Shown here piece after piece: positions 8,399-17,906 of a DNA stretch of 32,000 nucleotides; within the stretch, counting starts at the first letter, position 1; each line of letters opens with the position of its first letter. The position numbers and the translations under genes were made by a program. Source of the stretch: Nitrososphaerota archaeon (lineage in GTDB: Archaea > Thermoproteota > Nitrososphaeria > Nitrososphaerales > Nitrosopumilaceae); the NCBI GenBank assembly GCA_018647405.1, contig JABGTD010000061.1, positions 26,570 to 58,569 of the forward strand, read 5' to 3'. The notes under the pieces are model-generated. The model saw only the letters and a program-made list of their open reading frames with translations, searched no databases and was not told the origin of the DNA.

Positions 8399-8947
8399 TT
8401 AATTTTGAGTTAAAAATTCACTTTTCCCAAAGTCTAAGGATAGTTTTCTATCGTCAATCCATCCACAATCTTTACACTTTACTGCATCTCTCATTTTTAC
8501 AACAGTTCCAAAACATTTTCTACATTTTGTGAATAATACACCTAGTTCTTGTGAATCAATGCTTGCATGTATTGTTCCATTAATGTGACTGATTATCTCT
8601 ACTTTAACAACATCTTTTGCTAAAGCAATATTCTTTTTTCTAATATGTCTTGTAACACAAATACATTCCAAATCTGCAACTACTTTTTTTCCATTCACAT
8701 ACTTTATCATTATCGCAATCATCGATGGTAAGTTTGCTTCAACAACTCCTATGATGATATCTCCTACTTTTGGAACTGTTATCTGTGTTTGACTATTCAC
8801 TGAAGCTAATCTTTCAGAAGAATCTAGATTAATTTCTCCAATTGTTGTTGCTCTAATAGATTCATCATCTTCGAATGTATTTTCACCTGGAAGATATTCT
8901 TCAATTTGGGCAATTTTTTCACCTGGAATCTTCTGATTTTCATTCAT
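8399..8947 (-). CDS. csl4: exosome complex RNA-binding subunit Csl4 (N-terminal domain, S1 domain, C-terminal zinc ribbon)
   Basis: PGEKIAQIEEYLPGENTF N-terminal motif, VGDIIIGVV S1 start, and C-terminal CRKC...CKDC four-Cys ribbon. It ends 1 nt upstream of the pheA start. Confidence 0.7.
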   Translation of the reverse strand: MNENQKIPGEKIAQIEEYLPGENTFEDDESIRATTIGEINLDSSERLASVNSQTQITVPKVGDIIIGVVEANLPSMIAIMIKYVNGKKVVADLECICVTRHIRKKNIALAKDVVKVEIISHINGTIHASIDSQELGVLFTKCRKCFGTVVKMRDAVKCKDCGWIDDRKLSLDFGKSEFLTQN

Positions 8948-9026
8948 ATCAGTACACGGAAAATTTTACTTTTAATTGTTTTTAGAGCTACACATAATTG
9001 ATTAAGTACGATATTTTTAGCTCATT

Positions 9027-10256
9027 ATGAGTGAAACTAGAATTAGTAAAATCATCACTAATACTACATTTCTGTTTTCAATTGGAATTATTGGTATCAG
9101 TGTAATCTCAGTTATTTTCCCAGCACTAATCATTTCACAAACATATGAATTCCCTTTAGATCTAAATCCTTTTGAAACTAGTCCTTGGTTATTACCAATA
9201 TTTTTTTCAGTTATTTCTTTACTTACTTTTGGTTTCTTACATTACAAAAAAAAGTTACCATTTTCATTAAGTAATACTATTGACCTAATCCTAAATTTTG
9301 AACTTTCAAAAAGGATTTCAATTATTTTAGGACTTTCTATTTTAGCTATTTACATAGGATTCACAATTCCAGAACTCTTCATTGATGAATCTGAACAATG
9401 GCCTGATTACATTGTTTTAGAATCAGCTTTGAATATTTGGCCATCAACTGATCATCTTAGTGTGTACATTAAAGAACAAAATACAAGATATGTTCGAATG
9501 ATTTTACTTGAATTTTCACAAGATATTTTTCAAAATATTAAATTTTTACCATTTGTTGCAAGTGTATTTACTGTAATATTCACCGCATTAATTACTATTC
9601 AACTTTCAAAAAAACGATTTGCAGGAATAATTGCAATGTTAGTGTTATTATCTAGTGTAACATTTACTGACTTTGATACTATAGCTGTTTATGAAAATTT
9701 TTGGGTATTATTTTATTTAATTTCATTATATTCAATAAATAAAAGATGGTGGCATGCATCTCCTGTTAATTTCATTTTGTCAATATTTACCAAAGCGTTT
9801 ACTGCAACTTATTTTTGGATGAATTTCTTTTACATATATCGTGCAACAATTCCAACTAAGACTAAACTTTTACTTTTTGCTTCGTATGGAATTGTTTTAG
9901 GTATAACATACTGGATTTTTGAAAATGGTAGAAGTATAATTTATGATGACATTATTCGATATGATTTTAATGCATTTTTAGATGGATTTACTGGTTGGGG
10001 AAATTCAATGCAATTGGAACCCTTTGTTTTACTCTTTATACTTCCGTTAACTGTAATGTTATTTTTCAAGTCACGTAATGGATTAAAACAAGCCGATTCA
10101 ATCATGATACTTCTTGCAGGCTCAATACTTGCAGGACCACTTATCTCTCTTGTTACTGATTTCTATTTTATTTTACCATATCGTTTTATTCCATTTGTTA
10201 TCTTCATGGCAATTGCAGTTGGTTTGCTTTTCTCTAAAAAAATTAACCCTGAGTAA
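9027..10256 (+). CDS. polytopic integral membrane protein, function unknown
   Basis: About 10 or more long hydrophobic segments across 409 aa; Phe/Ile/Leu-rich. No catalytic motif that I can name with confidence. Confidence 0.65.
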   Translation: MSETRISKIITNTTFLFSIGIIGISVISVIFPALIISQTYEFPLDLNPFETSPWLLPIFFSVISLLTFGFLHYKKKLPFSLSNTIDLILNFELSKRISIILGLSILAIYIGFTIPELFIDESEQWPDYIVLESALNIWPSTDHLSVYIKEQNTRYVRMILLEFSQDIFQNIKFLPFVASVFTVIFTALITIQLSKKRFAGIIAMLVLLSSVTFTDFDTIAVYENFWVLFYLISLYSINKRWWHASPVNFILSIFTKAFTATYFWMNFFYIYRATIPTKTKLLLFASYGIVLGITYWIFENGRSIIYDDIIRYDFNAFLDGFTGWGNSMQLEPFVLLFILPLTVMLFFKSRNGLKQADSIMILLAGSILAGPLISLVTDFYFILPYRFIPFVIFMAIAVGLLFSKKINPE

Positions 10257-10770
10257 TAATGTGCCAAATGGTTGTTACATCATCTAAAGATTTTACTGTA
10301 TACACGTGATTTAACCCTCTGAATATTGTATGTGATTCACCTTCCTCATCATTAATTCCTAACATTGTCACAAACGCTCTATGATAATACTCACATGGAT
10401 CTGAATATCCTGGAATTTGATACAAGTTTGTCAAACATTCTGGATTATTATAATCGACTTCAACTTTGTGTAAACTAACTCTTTCACCGTTAATTGTTCC
10501 TTGTTTTACGAGATAATCGGGATTAGATTTTAAAAATCTGTCCACAACTGGGTCATTTAGATATCTTGTTGCATCAACTCTAACTACGCTAATTAATCCT
10601 CCATCAGAATTTCTTAACACGGAAATACCTGTAGCTCTGTATTTTGATTCTTCAATTGGATCCATATCTCCAACTGACACATCCACGTAAAGTGATTGTG
10701 CATAAACCTGTGAAATACAAATAGGTACAACCAAAATCATTGCAAGAAAAAGAAGATGTATTTTTTTCAT
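10243..10770 (-). CDS. hypothetical secreted protein
   Basis: Signal-peptide-like N-terminus MKKIHLLFLAMILVVPICISQVYA followed by QS. It ends 6 nt... more precisely, it starts 6 nt downstream of the dph2 stop on the same strand. Confidence 0.55.
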   Translation of the reverse strand: MKKIHLLFLAMILVVPICISQVYAQSLYVDVSVGDMDPIEESKYRATGISVLRNSDGGLISVVRVDATRYLNDPVVDRFLKSNPDYLVKQGTINGERVSLHKVEVDYNNPECLTNLYQIPGYSDPCEYYHRAFVTMLGINDEEGESHTIFRGLNHVYTVKSLDDVTTIWHIITQG

Positions 10771-10776
10771 AACTGA

Positions 10777-11781
10777 CTATAACCAGTGTGGTATTTCTAA
10801 GTAATTATCTAATTTTTCATTTTTGAGCATTTTCAATAATGCGTTTGCTTGTGGTGTTGATAACATTGGCTTATCAAATTCATTATCTGTCGAAATTCTT
10901 GGGCATGCAACTTGGATGAACGCATCAATTCCTGTAAAGTTTTTCAATCTATCACTAGTAATGTCTGTTAAAGCTAACAGTTGAACTTCTTTACCTCTTT
11001 CTTCCAATTCTTTTTTAAATTTTAAGGCTGTAACTTTTGCAAATTGACCTTCTTTTAGACCTACAATCACTCCAAAAACTTTTGCCTCTGTTGCTTTGAA
11101 AATTTTCAATGTAGCCTTTTTTTCTAATTTTTCTGCAAAGCTAGTAACGTCTCTTACTTCGTTAAAATAAGGATCTAAAATGTAAGTTGTTACTTTGGTT
11201 GATATTGCAACTCCTGCTGCATGAAAGTTACTTTGTCCTAAAAATAAATTTGCATCAACTTGTTCTTTAATTTCCATAGCCGGATAAAATTCACACCCAA
11301 AAACTTGTCCATCATTTAATTGTCCTTTACCTTTTCCAATTTTCACCATAATTCCTCCTTCTTCAAGTTTTTTCCTAACAGGCTCAACTTGGTGAAGATG
11401 TTGACTATCTGTAATTAATGAAATTGTTTTTCCTTTCAAAAGTTTAATCGCTTTTAGTATTACATCATCAAAAGGCACATCATCAAATGCATCAATCATC
11501 ATAACATTATCTTGTTCACCTGGAAATGTTTCAAGTTTGTTTGTGTGACCTATATTGAACAAAATTTCTGCACCCAACACTTTTGCACCATTTGAATTTA
11601 GATCACATGTTCCCCAGGTTGTATCTGCCAAAACAAATGCAGGAATATCAAATTTTTTTGTAATATTTATCGCAGTTTGCTGTACTTGTGGTAACATCCC
11701 ATCTGGAGCATTTAATGCAACAGTGACTGGTTTTCTTTGAGATATTATCTCGAAAATTCTCTTTTCATCAATTATTATCAT
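10777..11781 (-). CDS. dph2: diphthamide synthesis radical-SAM enzyme Dph2 (2-(3-amino-3-carboxypropyl)histidine synthase)
   Basis: VALNAPDGML, FVLADTTWGTCDL, LFNIGHT, and the later conserved Cys in QVACPRIS. Size and motif order as in archaeal Dph2. Confidence 0.8.
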   Translation of the reverse strand: MIIIDEKRIFEIISQRKPVTVALNAPDGMLPQVQQTAINITKKFDIPAFVLADTTWGTCDLNSNGAKVLGAEILFNIGHTNKLETFPGEQDNVMMIDAFDDVPFDDVILKAIKLLKGKTISLITDSQHLHQVEPVRKKLEEGGIMVKIGKGKGQLNDGQVFGCEFYPAMEIKEQVDANLFLGQSNFHAAGVAISTKVTTYILDPYFNEVRDVTSFAEKLEKKATLKIFKATEAKVFGVIVGLKEGQFAKVTALKFKKELEERGKEVQLLALTDITSDRLKNFTGIDAFIQVACPRISTDNEFDKPMLSTPQANALLKMLKNEKLDNYLEIPHWL

Positions 11782-11861
11782 TTGTTCTCAAAAGTGTCAT
11801 TTTGAATTTAAACCAAACTCTTTGACAAATCACTAAAATTCCTATATTTTATTGGTAAAAC

Positions 11862-13181
11862 ATGTCTAAACAGATACTCCATATTGGTATTGATGACACT
11901 GATTCACCTAAGGGCATGTGTACTACATTTTTAGCTTACAAAATTATTAATCGATTAAAAAAAGAAAATGTAGATTTTCTTGATTTTCCAAATTTGGTAA
12001 GATTTAATCCCAACATCCCTTGGAAAACTAGAGGTAATGGAGCTGTTGGAATTAAAATCTCTACTTCTAATCCTAAAAAAATTAAAAACCTAGTGAAAAA
12101 ATTTGTTAAACAATATTCTGATGTAAAAAATGGAGCAAATCCAGGTCTTGTTTTTTGCCAAGATGAAAATATCCCTGATGAATTTTTAAAGCTAAGTTCA
12201 GATGCAATGTGGAAATTGATTCATAGAAATGAGGCTAAAAAAATTCTTTCAAAATATAATCTTGATTTTTTTTATCTTGGAAATGGTCAAGGATTAGTTG
12301 GTGCTACTGGCGTAATAGGTTATATCTTTCAGGATGAAACATACGAACTACTTTCTTATCGTAAATCATCACAATTTGGAAAAAAACGAATCTTGGATAA
12401 ATCTAAGGTGAAAGAAATGCAAGAAAAAACATATCCGAATACATTCAATAGTTTTGATTCAAAGAAAAATAAAGTCCTGTTAATGCCTCATGGTCCTGAT
12501 CCTGTTTTTTATGGAGTTCGTGGAGAGGATTCAACAACATTAATTTCTGCATCAAAAATGATCCAACCAAAGGAGAAACTAGCTGGATATCTTATTTTTA
12601 AATCAAACCAAGGAACAGGTGATCATTTAAAAAATGAAATTGATGTAAATAATTTTTTACCTTATACATCTGGAACATTACGGGGTGTCATTATCACAAA
12701 ACCTATTGTCACTAAAGGTGGTCATGTATTTTTCTCAATAACTGTAAATAATATAAAAATTAATTGTGCAGTCTATAAACCAACACGAATAACTGATGTT
12801 GCAAAAGAGTTGATTGTTGGAGATATTATTAAAGTGGGAGGTGGTATTAGAAAAGCAACAAAAACACATCCAAGAATTTTAAATCTTGAATTCATTCAAA
12901 TTATAAAACTTGAAAAAAAATCTAAATTAATAAATCCATTTTGTAAATCTTGTCACAAACATATGAAATCAAAGGGTAAAAATCAAGGTTTTGAATGTGT
13001 AAAATGTAAAAAAACATCTAATCATAAAAATCGCCAATTTTTCACACGTTCGCTTAAAGAACAAATCTACATACCTGATGTTTCTGCACACCGTCACCTC
13101 ACAAAACCTGTTCAACGTATGAAACAAAACCCAAAATCTGAAAAATTTAATCCAAACTCTTCATGGATCACTAATTTTTAA
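11862..13181 (+). CDS. tiaS: tRNA(Ile2) 2-agmatinylcytidine synthetase TiaS
   Basis: N-terminal LHIGIDDTDSPKGMCTTFLAY is the TiaS (DUF1743) signature. OB-like middle region and C-terminal Cys cluster CKSC...CVKC. Confidence 0.8.
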   Translation: MSKQILHIGIDDTDSPKGMCTTFLAYKIINRLKKENVDFLDFPNLVRFNPNIPWKTRGNGAVGIKISTSNPKKIKNLVKKFVKQYSDVKNGANPGLVFCQDENIPDEFLKLSSDAMWKLIHRNEAKKILSKYNLDFFYLGNGQGLVGATGVIGYIFQDETYELLSYRKSSQFGKKRILDKSKVKEMQEKTYPNTFNSFDSKKNKVLLMPHGPDPVFYGVRGEDSTTLISASKMIQPKEKLAGYLIFKSNQGTGDHLKNEIDVNNFLPYTSGTLRGVIITKPIVTKGGHVFFSITVNNIKINCAVYKPTRITDVAKELIVGDIIKVGGGIRKATKTHPRILNLEFIQIIKLEKKSKLINPFCKSCHKHMKSKGKNQGFECVKCKKTSNHKNRQFFTRSLKEQIYIPDVSAHRHLTKPVQRMKQNPKSEKFNPNSSWITNF

Positions 13182-13189
13182 AATCATAA

Positions 13190-13264
13190 TAGCGGGGAGT
13201 AGATTTGAACTACTGATTTTCGGGTTATGAGCCCGACGGGATGACCTGACTTCCCCACCCCGCT
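13190..13264 (-). tRNA. tRNA-Met, anticodon CAT, most likely the archaeal initiator; no intron, CCA not encoded
   Basis: The reverse complement folds by hand into a cloverleaf: acceptor AGCGGGG/CCCCGCT, D stem GGGA/TCCC, anticodon stem TCGGG/CCCGA with loop CTCATAA, T stem AGTAG/CTACT with loop TTCAAAT, discriminator A. The A1:U72 pair and three G:C pairs closing the anticodon stem are initiator hallmarks. Confidence 0.9.
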
Positions 13265-13285
13265 GAACAAAAATTCCTTATGAGG

Positions 13286-13291
13286 TATATA
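13286..13291 (-). promoter_or_regulatory. TATA-like box upstream of the tRNA gene
   Basis: TATATA is centred about 24-25 nt upstream of tRNA position 1 on the minus strand. Confidence 0.4.
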
Positions 13292-13341
13292 CGCGTTTCA
13301 AATTCGGAAATGAATAAAAGGATTCCAACCAATTTTTTAAC

Positions 13342-14445
13342 ATGCTTAGAAAATTCCAAATTATTGGTATTGCAGGTGCTCTGATATTTTCTGCCGTAAT
13401 TCTGACCGATACAATACCTTCAAATCCACCACCACTTCCTGAACCTATTGTTCAAAATGTTTCAACAGATTCTGTAGAAATTGTAATAACAAATTTAGAA
13501 AAACCTTGGTCAATCGCTTTTGCTGATGAACGAATATTTGTTTCAGAAAAATCTGGAAAAATTAAAATAATTACTCCATTAGGTTTACTTGAAACTCCAT
13601 TAATCACATTACGTACACCTGAAATTTTTGGTGGTGGATTGCTTGGAATAACAACCCATCCTGATTTTACAAATAATCATTTTCTTTATGCATATTACAC
13701 ATATGAAGAAAATGAAAAATTATGGAATAAAATAATTAGAATTACAGAAGAAAAAAATAAAGCTACTGAAATTATTACTATACTTGATAAAATTCCTGGT
13801 TCAGCATTTAGTAATGGTGGAGTAATCAAATTTGGCCCTGATGAAAAATTATATGTTGGAACCGGTTCTGTATCTGATTTTTCAGATGAATCGCAAAACC
13901 TTGATTCTCTTACTGGAAAAATTCTTAGATTAAATGATGATGGCACAATACCTGCTGATAATCCATTTGAAGAATCATATGTGTTTACACTTGGACATCG
14001 GAATCCAACAGGTTTTGCATGGAATAATGATAGACAAATGTATGCCACTGAATCTGGCCCAACAAAAAATGATGAAATTAACTTGATAAATGCAGGTTCT
14101 AACTATGGTTGGCCTGAAGTTCAGTGTTACTCGAACAATAATAAATTTGCAAACCCCCTAGAATGTTTTGATCCTGAATTGGAACCTGGTGGAATTATCT
14201 TCTATTCAGGAGACAAACTCGACTTTGATAATAAAATGATCCTTGCTACACAAAAAGCAACAAATTTGTTCATAGTTGAAATTAATGACGATGATGCAAA
14301 CCTTGAACGTATTTTGAGTGGTGTAGGTAGAATTAGAGATGTAGCACAGGGTCCTGATGGATATGTATACATCATAACTACAAATACGGATGGAAAAGCA
14401 TTTCCCGCACCTGATGATGACAAATTATTGAGGATATTGAAATAA
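13342..14445 (+). CDS. PQQ-dependent (soluble glucose/sorbosone dehydrogenase-type) beta-propeller sugar dehydrogenase, membrane-anchored or secreted
   Basis: N-terminal hydrophobic segment, then LEKPWSIAF, GLLGITTHPDF, GGVIKFGPDEKLYVGTG, GKILRLNDDGTIPADNPF, LGHRNPTGFAW, GPTKNDEINLI and NYGWPE. Confidence 0.8.
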   Translation: MLRKFQIIGIAGALIFSAVILTDTIPSNPPPLPEPIVQNVSTDSVEIVITNLEKPWSIAFADERIFVSEKSGKIKIITPLGLLETPLITLRTPEIFGGGLLGITTHPDFTNNHFLYAYYTYEENEKLWNKIIRITEEKNKATEIITILDKIPGSAFSNGGVIKFGPDEKLYVGTGSVSDFSDESQNLDSLTGKILRLNDDGTIPADNPFEESYVFTLGHRNPTGFAWNNDRQMYATESGPTKNDEINLINAGSNYGWPEVQCYSNNNKFANPLECFDPELEPGGIIFYSGDKLDFDNKMILATQKATNLFIVEINDDDANLERILSGVGRIRDVAQGPDGYVYIITTNTDGKAFPAPDDDKLLRILK

Positions 14446-14446
14446 A

Positions 14447-15607
14447 ATGACTGATTCATCCATTCCTAAATTTTTTGAAAAATCACATGAGGAAAAATTA
14501 GATATTATTTGTAATTTTTCTGATTTAGATGATGATGAATTAAATTATCTAAAAAATGCAACTGGTGGAATAAATTTTGAGCATGCAAATAAAATGATTG
14601 AAAACGCAATTAGCACATTTTCTCTTCCACTTGGAATTGCAACAAATTTTAAAATAAATGGTAATGATTATCTTGTTCCTATGGTAATTGAAGAGCCATC
14701 TGTAATTGCAGCTGCATCAAAGGCTGCAAAAATTGCTAAACTTCATGGTGGTTTTACTGCAAAAGTTGAAGGAAATATCAGTATTGGACAAATTCAAGTA
14801 TTGGATGTAAATATTCAAGAGTCAATTTCTATTATAAATTCTAACTCAAATGATATTATTGAATTAGCAAATTCTGCAAGTAAAACATTGCCAAAATTAG
14901 GTAAGGGCGCAAAAGAAGTACAATGTAAAGAAATCAAAACTTCATCATCATCTATGTTGATTGTGGAATTAATGATCGATGTAGGTGATGCAATGGGTGC
15001 AAATGTAACTAATACAATGTGTGAAACTGTTGCACCATTAATTGAAAAATTAACTGGTGGAAAAATTCTACTAAGAATTCTTTCTAATTATTCCACAAAA
15101 CGAATGGTTTCTGTTTCTGCAACTTTTGATAAAGATGCGGTTGGTGGTGAACAAGTTGTTAATGACATGATCTCTGCATTTGAGTTTGCTGATAATGATG
15201 TTTATCGTGCTGTTACACATAACAAAGGGGTAATGAATGGAACAATTTCTGTTGCAAATGCAACTGGACAAGATAGTAGAGCTATAGAAGCTGCTGCACA
15301 TGCATATGCATCACATACAGGAAAATATCGTTCATTAACTAAATGGAGAAAAGATGATTCAGGAAATTTAGTAGGTAATTTTGAGATTCCTTTATCTGTT
15401 GGAATTGTTGGTGGAGTAACAAATGATCATCCTATAGCAAAAATTTGTACCAAAATTTTGAAATTACAAAATGTACAGGAATTAGCTTGTATAATGGCTG
15501 CAACTGGATTGGCACAAAATTTTGCTGCGATGCGTGCATTGGTTACTGAAGGTATTCAGAAAGGACACATGAAATTACACGCTCGAAAACAGGCAAGTAA
15601 TTCCTAA
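14447..15607 (+). CDS. hmgA: HMG-CoA reductase, class II type
   Basis: ENAISTFSLPLGIATNFKINGNDYLVPMVIEEPSVIAAAS matches the class II signature (Pseudomonas mevalonii type) rather than the class I PMATTEGCLVAS. Also DAMGAN and C-terminal GHMKLHAR. Confidence 0.88.
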   Translation: MTDSSIPKFFEKSHEEKLDIICNFSDLDDDELNYLKNATGGINFEHANKMIENAISTFSLPLGIATNFKINGNDYLVPMVIEEPSVIAAASKAAKIAKLHGGFTAKVEGNISIGQIQVLDVNIQESISIINSNSNDIIELANSASKTLPKLGKGAKEVQCKEIKTSSSSMLIVELMIDVGDAMGANVTNTMCETVAPLIEKLTGGKILLRILSNYSTKRMVSVSATFDKDAVGGEQVVNDMISAFEFADNDVYRAVTHNKGVMNGTISVANATGQDSRAIEAAAHAYASHTGKYRSLTKWRKDDSGNLVGNFEIPLSVGIVGGVTNDHPIAKICTKILKLQNVQELACIMAATGLAQNFAAMRALVTEGIQKGHMKLHARKQASNS

Positions 15608-15649
15608 CAAAATACCCAAAGAAAATTTTCTACGTGTTTTAACCATCCA

Positions 15650-15657
15650 TTATATTA
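15650..15657 (+). promoter_or_regulatory. TATA-like box of the his operon
   Basis: TTATATTA is centred about 26 nt upstream of the hisG ATG (15679), implying a leaderless or near-leaderless transcript. Confidence 0.4.
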
Positions 15658-15678
15658 CGTATAGTAGTTCGTATAGAA

Positions 15679-16656
15679 ATGTCCAAAGTAAAATTTGCAA
15701 TCCCCAAAGGAAGCCTAGAAGAAGCTACATTCAAGCTTCTTGAAAACTCATGGACTAAAGTTAGCAGAAAGAGTAGAACATATCGTGTTTTTCTAGATGA
15801 TCCTGAAATCATGGTAAAAATGCTTAGACCTCAAGAAATACCTAATCTAGTTTCTGATGGATTGTATGACGTTGGTATTACTGGAAAAGACTGGATCAAT
15901 GAAACTAAATCTGATGTTGAACTATTACTTGATCTTGAATATGGAAAAATAAAATTAGTAATTGCAATTCCAGATACACTAAAGTTCAAAAATTTTGATC
16001 AAATGATTGCAGAATACGCAAAAAAGAAAAAAATTCTACGTTTATCTTCTGAATATCTAACAAATGCTTCAAAATTTATCAAGAGTTGTAAATCATACAA
16101 AAAAGCATTTGGAAATAAAGATCCAATGATTATTACCCCATGGATGAGAGTTGGAACTAACAAAAATGTCCAAATTCACTTATCATTTGGTGCAACAGAA
16201 GCAAAACCTCCAGAAGATGTAGATGCAATCATGGATGTTACAGAAACAGGAACAACTTTGAAACAAAATGGTCTAAAAATTATTGATACAGTAATGAAGT
16301 CTAGTGCACATTTGATTGCAAATAAAAAATCTCTAAAGGATAAAAACAAACGTGAAAAAATATTTGATATTGTGACTTTAATGAGTGGTGCAGTACAAGG
16401 AAAAAAATACTTACACTTGTATCTTAATATCAAAGAAAATAATTTGAAAAAGCTTCTCAAGGAACTTCCTTCATTAAAGAAACCTACTGTTAGCCCATTA
16501 AGTGAAAAAGGTTGGGTCGGTGTAAACACTGTAATCTTAAAAACTGACTTCCACAAACTAATACCAAAACTTCGAAAGATTGCTCAAGGAATAGTTGTAC
16601 ATGAACCACGACAAATTCTTCAGTTAGAGGAGATAAAGCGTGACGAAGAGAATTGA
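15679..16656 (+). CDS. hisG: ATP phosphoribosyltransferase, long form with C-terminal regulatory domain
   Basis: KFAIPKGSL, DVGITGKDW, IMDVTETGTTLKQNGLK (PRPP loop) and a C-terminal HisG_C-like region. Contains a roughly 20-aa Lys-rich insertion relative to what I recall of canonical HisG. Confidence 0.85.
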   Translation: MSKVKFAIPKGSLEEATFKLLENSWTKVSRKSRTYRVFLDDPEIMVKMLRPQEIPNLVSDGLYDVGITGKDWINETKSDVELLLDLEYGKIKLVIAIPDTLKFKNFDQMIAEYAKKKKILRLSSEYLTNASKFIKSCKSYKKAFGNKDPMIITPWMRVGTNKNVQIHLSFGATEAKPPEDVDAIMDVTETGTTLKQNGLKIIDTVMKSSAHLIANKKSLKDKNKREKIFDIVTLMSGAVQGKKYLHLYLNIKENNLKKLLKELPSLKKPTVSPLSEKGWVGVNTVILKTDFHKLIPKLRKIAQGIVVHEPRQILQLEEIKRDEEN

Positions 16657-17906
16657 TCAAGATATTACAGGTTAGTAATGTTGACAGTTTTGTAGAAACC
16701 AGACGTCAAAAAACCTCACAAAAAGATAGAAAAATTGTACAATCTATTTTAGATGATGTTAGAAAAAATGGTGATTCTGCTGTCAAAAAATACGAGCAAA
16801 AATTCAATGGTAAAAAAACAATACAATTACGTGTCAGTAAGCAAGACTCAAAAAATGCAAAAATTACTGATACAGAATTTGCTGCACTACAATTGTCAGC
16901 AATAAAACTATCAAAAACACAAAGAATTCTAAATAAAACATTACTTCAATCTGTTAAAAAAATTCCAAATGTTTCATTTGTTCCTATTTCAAGTGTTGGT
17001 TGTTACATACCTGGAGGTCAAGCTAGGTATCCAAGTTCAGCAATAATGTCTGTAATTACTGCTGCTGAAGCTGGAGTTAAGAGAATTGTAGTTGTTTCTC
17101 CTCCTGATTCTAATGGAAAAATTGATCCAATGACAATCACTGTTTCACACAATTGTGGTGCAGAAATTTACAAAGTAGGTGGAGCACAAGCAATTGCTGC
17201 ACTTGCATATGGGACAAAATCAATACCTAAAGTTGATAAAATTGTTGGACCTGGAGGAAAGTTTGTTAGTATTGCCAAGGCAATTGTCAGCGAAGAAACT
17301 TCAATTGATATGATTGCAGGACCAACTGAACTTGGAATTATAGTAGACTCAAGCACTGATCCTGAATTGGTGGCATATGATCTTGTATCACAAGCAGAAC
17401 ACAGCAATGATACAATGTGTTTTGTTATCACAACATCAAAATCTAAGGCAACACAAATTCAAAAATCACTTGAAAAATTAATTCCAAATGTAGAAAGAAG
17501 TTCTATTGTTAAACAAAGTATATCTAAAAATGGATTTATTGCAATTTGTAAAAATCAAAATGATGTAATTGAATTAGCAAATAAAATTGCACCTGAACAC
17601 ATGGAATTAATGGTTAAAGGTGCAAAAGCATTATCCAAAAAGATTACTGGTCCCGGTCTAGTCTTAATTGGAAATAATACTCCTTCATCAGCAAGTGATT
17701 ATCTCTTGGGTACAAATCACATACTTCCTACTAATGGATTTGGTAGAACTAGAGGTGGATTGTCTGTATTGGACTTTCTAAAATTACAAACTGTGGTTGA
17801 AACAAAAAAATCAGATCTTAATGAAATTTCTGATAACTTAAAAATACTTACTGATGCAGAAGGATTACCGAATCACTACAAAGCTGTAGAAAGGAGACTA
17901 AAATGA
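16653..17906 (+). CDS. hisD: histidinol dehydrogenase; apparent TTG start overlapping the hisG stop by 4 nt
   Basis: GGAQAIAALAYGT, VDKIVGPGGKFV, AGPTE, SQAEHS, APEHMEL and GTNHILPT. Confidence 0.93.
   Translation: MIKILQVSNVDSFVETRRQKTSQKDRKIVQSILDDVRKNGDSAVKKYEQKFNGKKTIQLRVSKQDSKNAKITDTEFAALQLSAIKLSKTQRILNKTLLQSVKKIPNVSFVPISSVGCYIPGGQARYPSSAIMSVITAAEAGVKRIVVVSPPDSNGKIDPMTITVSHNCGAEIYKVGGAQAIAALAYGTKSIPKVDKIVGPGGKFVSIAKAIVSEETSIDMIAGPTELGIIVDSSTDPELVAYDLVSQAEHSNDTMCFVITTSKSKATQIQKSLEKLIPNVERSSIVKQSISKNGFIAICKNQNDVIELANKIAPEHMELMVKGAKALSKKITGPGLVLIGNNTPSSASDYLLGTNHILPTNGFGRTRGGLSVLDFLKLQTVVETKKSDLNEISDNLKILTDAEGLPNHYKAVERRLK

Noticed and set aside
9027-10256. The 409-aa polytopic membrane protein as a GT-C-type glycosyltransferase acting on the sequon-rich surface protein.
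   Set aside because: This rests only on topology and genomic context 16 kb from the surface-protein gene. I could not identify a diagnostic first-loop acidic motif with confidence.
11862-13264. The idea that the CAT-anticodon tRNA next to tiaS is tRNA-Ile2, the substrate that TiaS converts to an agmatidine-bearing AUA decoder.
   Set aside because: The tRNA has A1:U72 and three consecutive G:C pairs at the base of the anticodon stem, with a 5-prime AGCGGGG. These are hallmarks of the archaeal initiator tRNA-Met, so the adjacency is most likely coincidental. A tRNA classifier (tRNAscan-SE archaeal isotype models) could confirm this.
13190-13341. The tRNA gene as an attachment site for an integrated element.
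   Set aside because: No integrase, no partial tRNA duplicate and no foreign-looking gene block on either side. The neighbours are tiaS and a dehydrogenase with host-like composition.
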